DNA of 64,000 nt, taken from positions 1,440,001 to 1,504,000 of the forward strand of contig OY969696.1 of assembly GCA_963702005.1 (NCBI GenBank). Direction: 5' to 3'. Position 1 is the stretch's first letter. Each line of letters begins with the position of its first letter. The position numbers and the translations under genes were made by a program. Positions 8,968 through 18,480 of the stretch are shown piece by piece. The stretch comes from Candidatus Aminicenantes bacterium (GTDB taxonomy: Bacteria > Acidobacteriota > Aminicenantia > Aminicenantales > JAFGBC01). Under the pieces are notes generated by a model, which saw only the letters and a program-made list of their open reading frames with translations, made no database searches and was not told the DNA's origin.

Positions 8968-10766
8968 AAGAGATCCTCCAGCTCTTCCGGCTCTCCTTCA
9001 AGGAGAAAAGGCTTCTCTTCCTCTCCTTCGCCGCCAACCTTTTTGTCGCCTTTTTCACTTACCTGTTCGTCAACCTCGTCCAGCCGATTATCGATAAACT
9101 GTTCCCGCACGTTTCGGGCCCGGTCCCGGCCAAGACCCGGCTGCTCGATGTCTTTTTCAGCCGCCTCCATGTGACGGACGCGGACCTGAAGTGGGTCCTT
9201 CCTCTCCTGATCGTCATCGTCATCTTTGGGAAGGGCCTCTTCGACTATTTTTCGGCCTTCTTCATGAAAGCGGTCGGCCATAGAGTCATCAAGAAGATTC
9301 GGGACGACCTTTATGTCCGCCTCATCTATCAATCCGCCGGCTTCTTCGACCGCATCTCGACCGGCGAGCTCATGTCGCGCCTGACCAACGACGTCGATAA
9401 GATTCAGCAGGCGGTCTCGGGCAGCCTGGGGGACTTGGTCGAGGAGCTGTTCATCCTGGTCGCTCTTCTCGTCAGTGTCTTCGTCATCGATTGGCATCTG
9501 GCCGTGACCTCCTTCGTCGTCACCCCGCTGGCCCTCATCCCGCTGGCCGCCTTCAGCCGGCAGCTCAAGAAAAAAAGCCTCCAGGGCCAAGTCAAGATGG
9601 CCCGTATCTACGAGCTTCTTCACGAGACGATCGCCGGCCACCGGATCGTCAAGGCCTTCACGACCGAGGAGTTTGAGATCAAGCGCTTCCTCCAGGCCAC
9701 CTACAGCTATTTCAAGACGAACATCAAGCTGGCCCGGATCGGGAGCATGGCCTCGCCCTTCATGGAATTCATCGGCGGGATCGCGGGCGCCTTCATCCTC
9801 ATCGTCGGGACGAAGCGGATCGGCCAGGGTGATATCAGCCCCGGCGACTTCGGAGCCTTCGTCATGGCGGTATTCTCCATGTATATGCCGATCCGCCGCC
9901 TGAGCCGGGCCAACAACCAGGTCCAGCAGGGAGTCGCCAGCTGGGGACGGATCGAAGAGTTGCTCAAGGCCGTCCCCCAGGTCCAGGATCCGCCGCTGGC
10001 CTACCCGATGCCGCCGGTCAAAGGGCGGGTCCGCTTCGAGGATGTGTCCTTCAGCTACAACCAGGACAGGCCCGTCCTTAACCACGTCGATATCACGGTC
10101 GAGCCGACCGAGACGGTCGCCCTGGTTGGCCTGAGCGGCGCCGGCAAGACGACCATCATCAACCTCCTGACCCGGTTTTACGACGCGACGGACGGCCGGA
10201 TCACGATCGACGGGATCAACATCCGCGAGGTGACCCTGGCCTCCCTGCGCTCCCGGATCGGCCTGGTCTCCCAGGATATCATTCTCTTCAACGACACGAT
10301 CCGGAACAACATCGCCTACGGAATGGCCGAGGCCTCGGCCGAGCAGATCGAAGCGGCCGCCCGAGCCGCCGAAGCCCACAACTTCATCACGGACCTGCCC
10401 AAAGGTTATGATACGGCGATCGGAGAGAGGGGAGGGCTCCTCTCGACCGGCCAGAAACAGCGGCTGGCTATTGCCCGGGCTCTTCTCAAAGACCCTGCGA
10501 TTCTCATCCTGGACGAGGCGACCTCGGCCCTCGATTCGGAGTCCGAGTCCCTGATCCAGAAGGCCTTGGCCAATATCCGGCACAGTCGAACCACGATCAT
10601 CATCGCCCACCGCCTGTCGACGGTCCGGAGCGCGGACAAGATCTTCGTCGTCGACAAGGGGACGATCGCCGAATGGGGGACCCACGAGGAGCTCTGCCGC
10701 CAGAACGGCATCTACTGGAAGCTCTACGACCTTCAGTTCCCCGAGGACGAGGAGATCCAACGATGA
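8964..10766 (+). CDS. msbA: MsbA-like ABC exporter (TMD+NBD)
   Basis: TM domain; GLSGAGKTT Walker A, LSTGQKQR signature, LILDEATSALD Walker B; ATGA overlap with upstream gene. Confidence 0.8.
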   Translation: MKEILQLFRLSFKEKRLLFLSFAANLFVAFFTYLFVNLVQPIIDKLFPHVSGPVPAKTRLLDVFFSRLHVTDADLKWVLPLLIVIVIFGKGLFDYFSAFFMKAVGHRVIKKIRDDLYVRLIYQSAGFFDRISTGELMSRLTNDVDKIQQAVSGSLGDLVEELFILVALLVSVFVIDWHLAVTSFVVTPLALIPLAAFSRQLKKKSLQGQVKMARIYELLHETIAGHRIVKAFTTEEFEIKRFLQATYSYFKTNIKLARIGSMASPFMEFIGGIAGAFILIVGTKRIGQGDISPGDFGAFVMAVFSMYMPIRRLSRANNQVQQGVASWGRIEELLKAVPQVQDPPLAYPMPPVKGRVRFEDVSFSYNQDRPVLNHVDITVEPTETVALVGLSGAGKTTIINLLTRFYDATDGRITIDGINIREVTLASLRSRIGLVSQDIILFNDTIRNNIAYGMAEASAEQIEAAARAAEAHNFITDLPKGYDTAIGERGGLLSTGQKQRLAIARALLKDPAILILDEATSALDSESESLIQKALANIRHSRTTIIIAHRLSTVRSADKIFVVDKGTIAEWGTHEELCRQNGIYWKLYDLQFPEDEEIQR

Positions 10767-11641
10767 TCCTGAGCATGACCGGTTTCGCCGAAAGAGACTT
10801 CCATTCGCCCTCCCTGCGGGCCCGCTGGAGCATCAAGAGCCTCAATCACCGCTTCTTCGAATGGACCTACAAAGGGGCGCCCATCGGGGGGGTCGAACAA
10901 CGGCTCCGCGTCCTCTGCCAGGAGCGTGTTCGGCGCGGCCGGATCGAGGTCGGTCTCGACCTGACCTCCTTGTCCAAGGCGAGCTGGGAAGTCTTTATCA
11001 ACGAGGGGCTCCTCGAAAAGGTCCTGGCTTCGATGGCCCGGATCACGCGCCGGATCGGGGCGGGGGCATCCCTGTCCCTGGAAACGTTGTTCCGGATTCC
11101 CCAACTCGTCGAGATCCGCCGCAAGGACCTCAGCGCCGAAGAAACGGCCTTCCTGGAGAGGAGCTTCCTCAGGGCGCTCGATCTCGTCCTCAAGTCCCGG
11201 GAGCGCGAAGGGCTTACGACCGGGCGTCAGCTCAGCGTCCACATCCGGACGATTGAGCGGAGCGTGCGCCGGATCGAACGGCTCGTCAAGGCCCAGCCGG
11301 CTCTCATCCAAGAGCGCATCAAGTCGCGGATCAAGGAGTTCAAGCTCGAGTCGGCCGTGTCCGAAGGGAAGATTTCCGAGGAGGCCGCCTATCTCGCCCA
11401 GCGCTACGACATGGCCGAGGAAGTCCTGCGGCTCAAGAGCCATTCCGAAGCCATCCGGCTCGCCCTGTCGTCCAAGCAGAGCGACCCGGTCGGCCGGACC
11501 CTGGACTTCCTGGCCCAAGAGCTGTACCGGGAGGCCAACACGATCAATTCCAAATCCCAGAACATCGAGATCATCCGGGAGAGCCTGGTCATCAAGGGCG
11601 AGATCGAGAGCATTCGCCAGCATGCTCAGAACATCGAATAG
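10763..11641 (+). CDS. yicC: YicC/YloC-family endoribonuclease
   Basis: MILSMTGF, KSLNHR, RRGRIE, GRTLDFLAQELYREANTINSKS, IRQHAQNIE. Confidence 0.92.
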   Translation: MILSMTGFAERDFHSPSLRARWSIKSLNHRFFEWTYKGAPIGGVEQRLRVLCQERVRRGRIEVGLDLTSLSKASWEVFINEGLLEKVLASMARITRRIGAGASLSLETLFRIPQLVEIRRKDLSAEETAFLERSFLRALDLVLKSREREGLTTGRQLSVHIRTIERSVRRIERLVKAQPALIQERIKSRIKEFKLESAVSEGKISEEAAYLAQRYDMAEEVLRLKSHSEAIRLALSSKQSDPVGRTLDFLAQELYREANTINSKSQNIEIIRESLVIKGEIESIRQHAQNIE

Positions 11642-11662
11642 ACGGGAGACAGGACGAGAGCC

Positions 11663-12274
11663 ATGATCTTTGTCGTCTGCGGGCCTTCGGGTTGCGGGAA
11701 AACGACCCTGGTCGGACGGGTTCTGGCTGAGCACCGGGACGTACGTTTCTCCGTCTCGCACACGACGCGTCCCCGGCGGAAAGGCGAACGAGAAGGCCGC
11801 GAGTATCATTTTATAGGCCGGGCCGCCTTCGAGCGAATGATCGCCGGCCGTCGTTTCGTCGAGTGGGCGGTCGTCCACGGCCATTACTATGGGACCTCCA
11901 AGGCCGAGCTCGAGGCCAAGGGGAGAAGGGGCGACCTGATCCTGGACGTCGATGTTCAGGGCGCCCGCGCCATTCGGGCTCGTTTCAAAGAGGCAACCTC
12001 CATCTTCATCCTGCCGCCTCGCTACGCCGAGCTCCGTAAGAGACTGCTCGCCCGCAGCCTGGACGATCCGGACACGATCCGGACGCGGCTCGTCAACGCC
12101 CGGCGCGAAATCCGCTGCTACCGCGAGTTCGACTACCTCGTCATCAACGATGACCTGGCCACGGCGGTCGGGGAGCTCGAAGCCGTCATTCTCGGCCAGC
12201 GCTGCCGGAGACAGGCCAGGGAAAAGGCGATCGGGCCCATCCTTCGCAGCTTCCGGGCCGGGGAGGAGAAGTGA
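11663..12274 (+). CDS. gmk: Guanylate kinase
   Basis: GPSGCGKTT, SVSHTTRPRR.GE.EG.EYHF, YYGT, DVDVQGA. Confidence 0.95.
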   Translation: MIFVVCGPSGCGKTTLVGRVLAEHRDVRFSVSHTTRPRRKGEREGREYHFIGRAAFERMIAGRRFVEWAVVHGHYYGTSKAELEAKGRRGDLILDVDVQGARAIRARFKEATSIFILPPRYAELRKRLLARSLDDPDTIRTRLVNARREIRCYREFDYLVINDDLATAVGELEAVILGQRCRRQAREKAIGPILRSFRAGEEK

Positions 12275-12276
12275 CG

Positions 12277-13479
12277 ATGGGGACCACGATCGCCCTGGGC
12301 GTATCCTCCTCGATCAGCATCTACAAGGCTTGCGAAGTCCTCCGCGGTTTTCAGAAAAACGGCCTCGATATCCGCGTTCTCATGACCCGGAACGCATCCC
12401 GGATGATCGCCCCCCTCTTGTTCAGCGCCTTGGCCCGGTCCAAGGCCATCATCGACCCCTTTGAGGAGGAGTCAGGGGGATCGATCGCCCATATCGATCT
12501 GGCCCGCGAGATCTCGCTCCTCTGCGTCGCGCCGGCCACGGCTAACGTCATCGCCAAGTTCGCCAAGGGTGTCGCCGATGATTTTCTATCGACCTTCTAC
12601 CTGGCCGTAGACAGCCCCGTCCTTATCGCCCCGGCCATGAACGAGGCCATGTTCCTCCATCCCCGGACCCAGGCCAACATCCGCGCCCTGAGAGCGGCCG
12701 GCGTCGAGTTCGTAGAGCCGGAACGGGGCTACCTGGCCTGTCGCGAAGAAGGGTGGGGGCGGCTCGCCGCGCCCGAGCGAATCGTCGAGGCGGGGATGCG
12801 GCTCGTCCGGCGGAGCCGGAGCATGGCCGGGAAGCGCGTTCTTGTCACGGCCGGTCCGACGCGCGAGTACCTGGATCCGGTCCGGTTTCTGTCGAACCGG
12901 TCCTCGGGCAAAATGGGGTACGCCCTGGCCGCCGAAGCTCTCAGCCGCGGCGCGGATGTCACTCTGGTCTCGGGGCCGACCTCCCTTCTTCCCCCCTTCC
13001 GGGCCAAACTCGTCCCGGTCGAGACGGGCGGGGAGATGGAAGCCGAAGTCACGGCCCGGGCGGCGGAAGCGGACGTCATCGTTATGGCCGCTGCGGTTTC
13101 GGATTTTCGGTTCCCGGAAACGGCCGGCCGGAAGCTCAAAAAAAAGGAGTTCGACGGCCGGGTCACCCTCGTCTCCGCCCCGGATATCCTGGAGGGCCTG
13201 GGGCGGGCCAAGCGCGGGAAGGCCGTCCTGGTCGGGTTCGCCGCCGAGACGGAACGGGTCGAGGAGAACGCCCTCGGGAAACTTCGCGAGAAGAACCTGG
13301 ATCTCATCATCGCTAATGACGTCGCGGCCGAAGGAATCGGGTTCGACGCCGAGGACAATCAAGTGGTCATCCTCGACCGGAGCGGAAGAGCGGTGCGGAC
13401 CGATCGCCTCAGCAAGCGGGAGATCAGCCGCCTTATCCTGGACGAAGTCGAGGGCGTACTTGGCCAGAAAAATCGATAA
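12277..13479 (+). CDS. coaBC: Bifunctional phosphopantothenoylcysteine decarboxylase/synthase
   Basis: APATAN, APAMN, GYLAC..EGWGRL, VTAGPTRE.LDPVRFLSNRSSGKMG, VGFAAET. Confidence 0.95.
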   Translation: MGTTIALGVSSSISIYKACEVLRGFQKNGLDIRVLMTRNASRMIAPLLFSALARSKAIIDPFEEESGGSIAHIDLAREISLLCVAPATANVIAKFAKGVADDFLSTFYLAVDSPVLIAPAMNEAMFLHPRTQANIRALRAAGVEFVEPERGYLACREEGWGRLAAPERIVEAGMRLVRRSRSMAGKRVLVTAGPTREYLDPVRFLSNRSSGKMGYALAAEALSRGADVTLVSGPTSLLPPFRAKLVPVETGGEMEAEVTARAAEADVIVMAAAVSDFRFPETAGRKLKKKEFDGRVTLVSAPDILEGLGRAKRGKAVLVGFAAETERVEENALGKLREKNLDLIIANDVAAEGIGFDAEDNQVVILDRSGRAVRTDRLSKREISRLILDEVEGVLGQKNR

Positions 13480-14131
13480 GCTCCTCCTCGGACTCGAGGA
13501 CCATCTCCGCTTCCTGGATCAGTCGGGCGCGCAGTTCGCCGCTCGCCGCCCCGAAAAGAGCCCGGATCGAGATAAGGGATTTCAGGACGTCTGTAAACAG
13601 ATTCTGGTCTGCCGGCTCTGCCCCCTGGCCCGGACGCGAACCAAGGCCGTGCCCGGGGAAGGGAACCCCCGGACCGAGCTCATGTTCGTAGGAGAAGCGC
13701 CGGGCCATGATGAAGATGTCCAGGGCCGTCCCTTTGTAGGCCGGGCTGGCCAGCTCCTGACCAAAATCATCGAGGCCATGAGCTTCCGGCGGGATGAGGT
13801 TTTCATCACCAACGTCGTCAAGTGCCGCCCCCCCGAAAACCGGACGCCCGTCCGGGAGGAAGTCGAGAAGTGCGGCCCCTACCTGACGGCCCAGATCGAA
13901 ATGATTCGTCCCAAGGCCATCGTCGCCCTGGGCAAGGTCGCAACCGATTTTTTCATCCGGAGTTCCAAAGGGATGTCCCAGCTCCGGGGCGAGTTCTGTG
14001 ATTACCGCGGCATCCCCGTCATGCCGACCTTTCATCCCTCCTATGTTCTCCGTCAGGAGAATATCAAGGACGTCAAAAAACAGGTCTGGCAGGATATGCA
14101 GATGGTCATGAAGCTCCTCGGCCGAAAATGA
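13460..14131 (+). CDS. Uracil-DNA glycosylase family 4 (Fe-S)
   Basis: CRLCPL, GEAPG..ED.QGRPFVG, NVVKCRPPENR, TFHPS; probable TTG start after GAGG. Confidence 0.9.
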   Translation: MARKIDKLLLGLEDHLRFLDQSGAQFAARRPEKSPDRDKGFQDVCKQILVCRLCPLARTRTKAVPGEGNPRTELMFVGEAPGHDEDVQGRPFVGRAGQLLTKIIEAMSFRRDEVFITNVVKCRPPENRTPVREEVEKCGPYLTAQIEMIRPKAIVALGKVATDFFIRSSKGMSQLRGEFCDYRGIPVMPTFHPSYVLRQENIKDVKKQVWQDMQMVMKLLGRK

Positions 14132-16281
14132 CGCTCTGCGCGGATGTCGTCGTCCCCCTCCCCCTCGAGCGCGCCTTCCGCTATCTTGTTCCCGAAAACG
14201 CAGGCCGGACGCTCCAGCCCGGCGTCCGGGTCCTAGTCCCTTTCGGGCGGAGGGAACTGACCGGATTCGTCGTCGGGGTGCTCGGCGCGCCTCCGCCGGG
14301 CGGCCCCGCCCTCAAGGAAATCAAGGCCGTCCTTGACGAGGAACCGATTTTTTCGAGCACCTTTCTATCCTTTACACGAGAGCTCTCACAACGCTCCTAT
14401 TCCTCTTGGGGGGAGATCCTCCAGTCGGCCGTGCCGCCTTCCCTCCTGGTCAGGACGCTGACGACCGTCGCTCTGACCCCGGCGGGCGAACAGGCCGTCC
14501 GGAAGGGCGGTCTGGGCAAAAGGGAGAAGGAACTGGCACGTTTCCTCGGGGCACGGGCCTACAGTCCCTCCTTCCTGGCTCGGAAACTCAGGCTGTCCGA
14601 TATCGGCGGGCTCGTATCCCGCATGGAAGCGAAAGGGCTGCTCCTGGTTCGTAAGAGCGTCGGAGGCCTCGAGCGACGAAGGCGCTCGCGCTTGGAGGCG
14701 TCTTCCCCGGCGGGGATTCAGCTGGAATTCGACTTCCCGTCCGGAACGCCCTCCGAGCCGGCCCTGCGACCGTTGTTCGATCGCCTCGGAAGGGGCGGCT
14801 TCGCCCCCTTCCTGATCCGCGCCCCCCGTCAGAAGAGAGTCGAGATCTATCTCGGTCTGCTCCATGAAATCATCTCTCGTTCAGGGAAAGCCCTAGTCCT
14901 CCTTCCCGAGGTTTCACTGACCCGAACCCTGGCCGAGAGGCTGGAGAAGCGATTGGGGAAAACCGTCGCCGTGCTTCACGGCGAGCTGTCCGAAGCGCGC
15001 AGGGAGCGGGAATGGCGGCGCGTCCGTGACGGCCGGGCGTCCGTTGTCTGCGGAACCCGATCGGCTCTGCTGGCGCCGATTGAGCGTCCCCGCCTGATCA
15101 TCGTCGACGAGGAACAGGAGGATTCCTACATCCAGGACCATCCCGCTTTCGACGCCCGCCGGGGAGCACGGCTAAGAGCCGAGGTCGAGGAATGCCTGCT
15201 CGTCTCCGGGGCCGATTTTCCGACGGTTGAGTGCTTCCAGGCGGCCCGGGAAGGCGGATGGCTGATTGATTTAGGTGAGGAGGCAACCCGAGTCCGGGTT
15301 GAGGTCCTGGATGCCAAGCTCGAGAAGAGCTTTATCGGCGCCCGCTTGAAACGGGCTCTCGGGGACGTTCTTTCCAGAGAAGAGCGGGCGATCGTTTTCT
15401 TCAACCGGCGCGGCTATGCGACCTCACTCATCTGCTCCCATTGTTCCCATATCCCGAAATGCCGCCGCTGTGATATCCCCCTCGTCCTCCACAAGCGGGC
15501 CAAGAGGCTCATCTGCCCTCTCTGCGGAGAAAGCGGGGCCGAGCTGGCCGCCTGCCCGCGCTGCGGCCGTTCATTCCGAACCAGGGGCGCCGGCATCGAA
15601 GCAGTTGCGGAGGAGCTCCGCCGCCTGTTCCCGGAAGCGCCCCAGGCCGTTTTCAACACCGATGTCTTATCCTCCCGGGCGGCCCAGGAGGCCGTCCTCA
15701 AGCGGTTTGTTCGAGGCGGGATTAAGATCCTTATCGGGACTGAGCTGCTGGCACACCGGCGGGATCTTCCGGCCGTGCCTTTGGTGGCCATTCTCGCGCC
15801 GGAAATGACCCTGGCCCTGCCCGATTTCAGGGCCGGCCAGAGGACTTTTCAGGCTCTCCTTCGGATGATCCGATTCTGCCCGGCGGGGGAGGGGAGCGGC
15901 GTCATTATTCAGACCGCTCTCCCCGATCACTATATCGTCCGGAGCGCCGCTGCTCAAGACTATGGGGCTTTTTTCAGGGAGGAGATTTCTTTCCGACGGC
16001 TGATGGGCTATCCGCCTTTCAGCGAGATGACCGAGGTCGTCCTCGAAGGGCGCGACCTGAGAGCCCTGGGACGGGAAGCGAGGCGGGCGGCGGAAGCCAT
16101 GAGAGCGGCCTCCCCCTCGGTTGAGGTCTTGGGACCGGCCTTGGCAGCCGTCTCCCGCGTTAAGGGGCTTTTCCGTGTCCAGGTCGTGCTCCGGGCCGAG
16201 AGCCGGGAGGCCATCGATGCGCTCCTGGCCCGGAGCCTGCCCCCGCAGGGGGGGCGAAGATCGGTCAGCGTCCTGAGCTAA
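14128..16281 (+). CDS. priA: Primosomal protein N' (PriA) with degenerate helicase motifs
   Basis: N-terminal 3'-DNA binding domain (RVLVPFG), intact Cys-rich Zn region, NRRGY, PDFRA, YPPF; Walker A not recognisable. Confidence 0.88.
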   Translation: MTLCADVVVPLPLERAFRYLVPENAGRTLQPGVRVLVPFGRRELTGFVVGVLGAPPPGGPALKEIKAVLDEEPIFSSTFLSFTRELSQRSYSSWGEILQSAVPPSLLVRTLTTVALTPAGEQAVRKGGLGKREKELARFLGARAYSPSFLARKLRLSDIGGLVSRMEAKGLLLVRKSVGGLERRRRSRLEASSPAGIQLEFDFPSGTPSEPALRPLFDRLGRGGFAPFLIRAPRQKRVEIYLGLLHEIISRSGKALVLLPEVSLTRTLAERLEKRLGKTVAVLHGELSEARREREWRRVRDGRASVVCGTRSALLAPIERPRLIIVDEEQEDSYIQDHPAFDARRGARLRAEVEECLLVSGADFPTVECFQAAREGGWLIDLGEEATRVRVEVLDAKLEKSFIGARLKRALGDVLSREERAIVFFNRRGYATSLICSHCSHIPKCRRCDIPLVLHKRAKRLICPLCGESGAELAACPRCGRSFRTRGAGIEAVAEELRRLFPEAPQAVFNTDVLSSRAAQEAVLKRFVRGGIKILIGTELLAHRRDLPAVPLVAILAPEMTLALPDFRAGQRTFQALLRMIRFCPAGEGSGVIIQTALPDHYIVRSAAAQDYGAFFREEISFRRLMGYPPFSEMTEVVLEGRDLRALGREARRAAEAMRAASPSVEVLGPALAAVSRVKGLFRVQVVLRAESREAIDALLARSLPPQGGRRSVSVLS

Positions 16282-16303
16282 GCCTCCCTGGGCTATTTCC
16301 TGC

Positions 16304-17730
16304 TTATTCTTGCTTTTTGACCCTGATGTAGACGTCCGAGTAGATCATGGGCTCCGACCCGGTCGTCTCGAGCTGGGCCCGGACGTAGATCCCGATTTCC
16401 CAGTTGAACTCGTCTTTCGTCGGACCAAGATAGGTGACGGCCGCTTCGCCGTTCTCATCCGTCGTCGCGATTTGGGAGCGCGTCCCATTGCCGAACTTGC
16501 CCGGGGCGTTGTTGAGGATGCTGAAGTAGACGCGACGCCCCTTCACCGGCATCGCGCCCAGCTTGGCGGTCGCCCGGATCTCGGACTTGGGACGCGTGCT
16601 CGTGGCGAAGAGGACGTTGGGATTGGCTACGGCGCTGAACGTCAAAGTCTGGAGGTCCTGGAGAATCTGGATGGGAGCGCTGCCTTCGATGAAGTCCTGA
16701 CCCTGGTAGCCGACCGTGCCCCAAATATAGACCGTCAGGCTCGAGGTGATCTCGCTGGCCAGGGGTCCGTAGTAGCGGGTGTGAACCCGGCCCTGGGAGT
16801 CGGTGACCTTCGTGATATAGGTCTGGTTGCCCTCGAAGTAGCCGACGTTCTGCTGGGTCCCCGTCGAGTCGGCGACCTTGAAGGTGACGCTTTTGTTGGC
16901 GATGGGCGCCCCGTTGGGCTTGGTCAGGATGGCCGTGACCGCGGAGTCCTCGCGCGCAGCCCCGGCGACGAGAACGTTGGGGTTGGTCTGTACGGTCAGA
17001 GTCCAGGACGAGACGGGCTCCTGAAGAATCTGAATGGGCGTACTCCCCTCGACGAAGGCCTGGCCTTGGTAATCGGCCGTGCCCCAGATATAGACGGTCT
17101 GGCTCTGGGTGATTTCCTCTGACAGCGGGCTGTAGTAACGGGTCGTGATCATCCCGCGCTCGTCCGTGACCTTCGTGATATAGGTCTTATTGCCCTCGAA
17201 GTAGCCGATGTTGAGCGGGGTCCCGGTGTCGTCGGAGATCTTGAAGGTGATCGATTTGTTGGGGATGGGCGAGCCGTCGGATTTGGTCAGCTGGGCCGCG
17301 ATCTGGGACCGTTCCCTCTCGGTCCCGGCGACAAGGACGTTCGGAGTGGCCGCGACGGCCAAGTACCACGCCTCGAGCGGTTCCTGCAGGATCTGGAGGG
17401 CGACGCGTTCGGTGATGAAATCGGCCGCTTCCCAAGCCGCCCGGACCCAAATATAGATGGCTCCGGTCTGGGTGATCTCCTCGGCCAGGGGGCCGCGGTA
17501 GACGACCTTGACGGTGCCGGTCCCGTCGGTGATCTTGGAGGCGACCCCCTGCTGATCCTCGAAGAAGCCGACGTTGAGCTTATTGCCGTCGGCATCGCCG
17601 ATCTCGAAATAGATCGTCTTATCCGAGAGTGGGGTTCCGTTGTACTTCTTGAGGGTCGCCGTGATGACGGTCGTTCCCCGGGAGCTTCCCGCGTAGATGA
17701 CGTTCGGGTTGGCGGATACCATCAGGAGGG
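16304..17730 (-). repeat. Intragenic tandem repeat, period ~363 nt (4 diverged copies)
   Basis: Copies 2 and 3 share near-identical DNA stretches (e.g. GTGACCTTCGTGATATAGGTC...TTGCCCTCGAAGTAGCCGA); equivalent Trp codons start at 17368 and 17005. Confidence 0.8.
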
Positions 17731-17851
17731 TTGCTACGGAGGAGGGGCCGACCGGTGAAGGGGTCTTGACCGCGTCCCGTTTGCAGGAAGAGACAGCGGC
17801 CACGGCCAACACGATCAGGCCGAGCGTGATAAGAGTCCTTTTCGTGTTCAT
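16304..17851 (-). CDS. Lipoprotein with four ~121-aa Ig-like (Big_1/invasin-type) repeats
   Basis: Lipobox VSSC; repeats of (A/T)(N/T)PNV...G.P..(N/D)K.I.F...GYFEG...TD..G....Y.GP. Confidence 0.75.
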   Translation of the reverse strand: MNTKRTLITLGLIVLAVAAVSSCKRDAVKTPSPVGPSSVATLLMVSANPNVIYAGSSRGTTVITATLKKYNGTPLSDKTIYFEIGDADGNKLNVGFFEDQQGVASKITDGTGTVKVVYRGPLAEEITQTGAIYIWVRAAWEAADFITERVALQILQEPLEAWYLAVAATPNVLVAGTERERSQIAAQLTKSDGSPIPNKSITFKISDDTGTPLNIGYFEGNKTYITKVTDERGMITTRYYSPLSEEITQSQTVYIWGTADYQGQAFVEGSTPIQILQEPVSSWTLTVQTNPNVLVAGAAREDSAVTAILTKPNGAPIANKSVTFKVADSTGTQQNVGYFEGNQTYITKVTDSQGRVHTRYYGPLASEITSSLTVYIWGTVGYQGQDFIEGSAPIQILQDLQTLTFSAVANPNVLFATSTRPKSEIRATAKLGAMPVKGRRVYFSILNNAPGKFGNGTRSQIATTDENGEAAVTYLGPTKDEFNWEIGIYVRAQLETTGSEPMIYSDVYIRVKKQE

Positions 17852-17865
17852 GGTCGTTCTCCTTA

Positions 17866-18465
17866 TTAATCGGCGTAGTCGCCGAAGTAGATGGCCAGGT
17901 ATCCGGTCGCGTGGACGTTCTTGTTCATCATGTCGTGTCCGTAGAAGTCGATCTGGGCCGTGACCTGGAGCACGCCCTCGTACCGCCCGCTGCCCAGGTT
18001 CAAGAGGGGAGGCTCGAGCTTGGCGGCTGCCCGGACCACGAGCAAAGAGAGTGATGTGGTCGAGTCGATCTTGATCAAGGTCGACAGCGAGCCCTCGAAG
18101 GAGTAGGGGACGTCGATCCCCTCGCGGTTCTTGCCGTCGCTCCTGGAATAGCGGACAACATAGCGGTCGACAAGGATGTCGTTGTACTGCGAGGTGCCGA
18201 GAGTGGGGCTGGGGGTGAGAAGTTTGGCCCCTAAAGTCACGGCGGCCGGGTCGGCCGTCACGTAGGCGTTGCCCGTCGTGTCCAATTTAACGACGTCGGA
18301 CTCAAGGTAGTTCGCGACCTTCCCATCCGCTGCAACTCCGCTGATATCCTCGACGATGAGGAGGCTGCTTGATTCGGTCTTGTTCTCGAGCGGATTGCAG
18401 GAGAGGAGGGCGAGACAGCCGAAGACCAAAACCGTTGCCTTTAATCCCATTTTCATGGTTTTCAT
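17866..18465 (-). CDS. Hypothetical beta-rich lipoprotein downstream of pilQ
   Basis: Lipobox LLSC; co-oriented and closely spaced with pilQ. Confidence 0.7.
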   Translation of the reverse strand: MKTMKMGLKATVLVFGCLALLSCNPLENKTESSSLLIVEDISGVAADGKVANYLESDVVKLDTTGNAYVTADPAAVTLGAKLLTPSPTLGTSQYNDILVDRYVVRYSRSDGKNREGIDVPYSFEGSLSTLIKIDSTTSLSLLVVRAAAKLEPPLLNLGSGRYEGVLQVTAQIDFYGHDMMNKNVHATGYLAIYFGDYAD

Positions 18466-18480
18466 GGCACGTTTCCTCTC

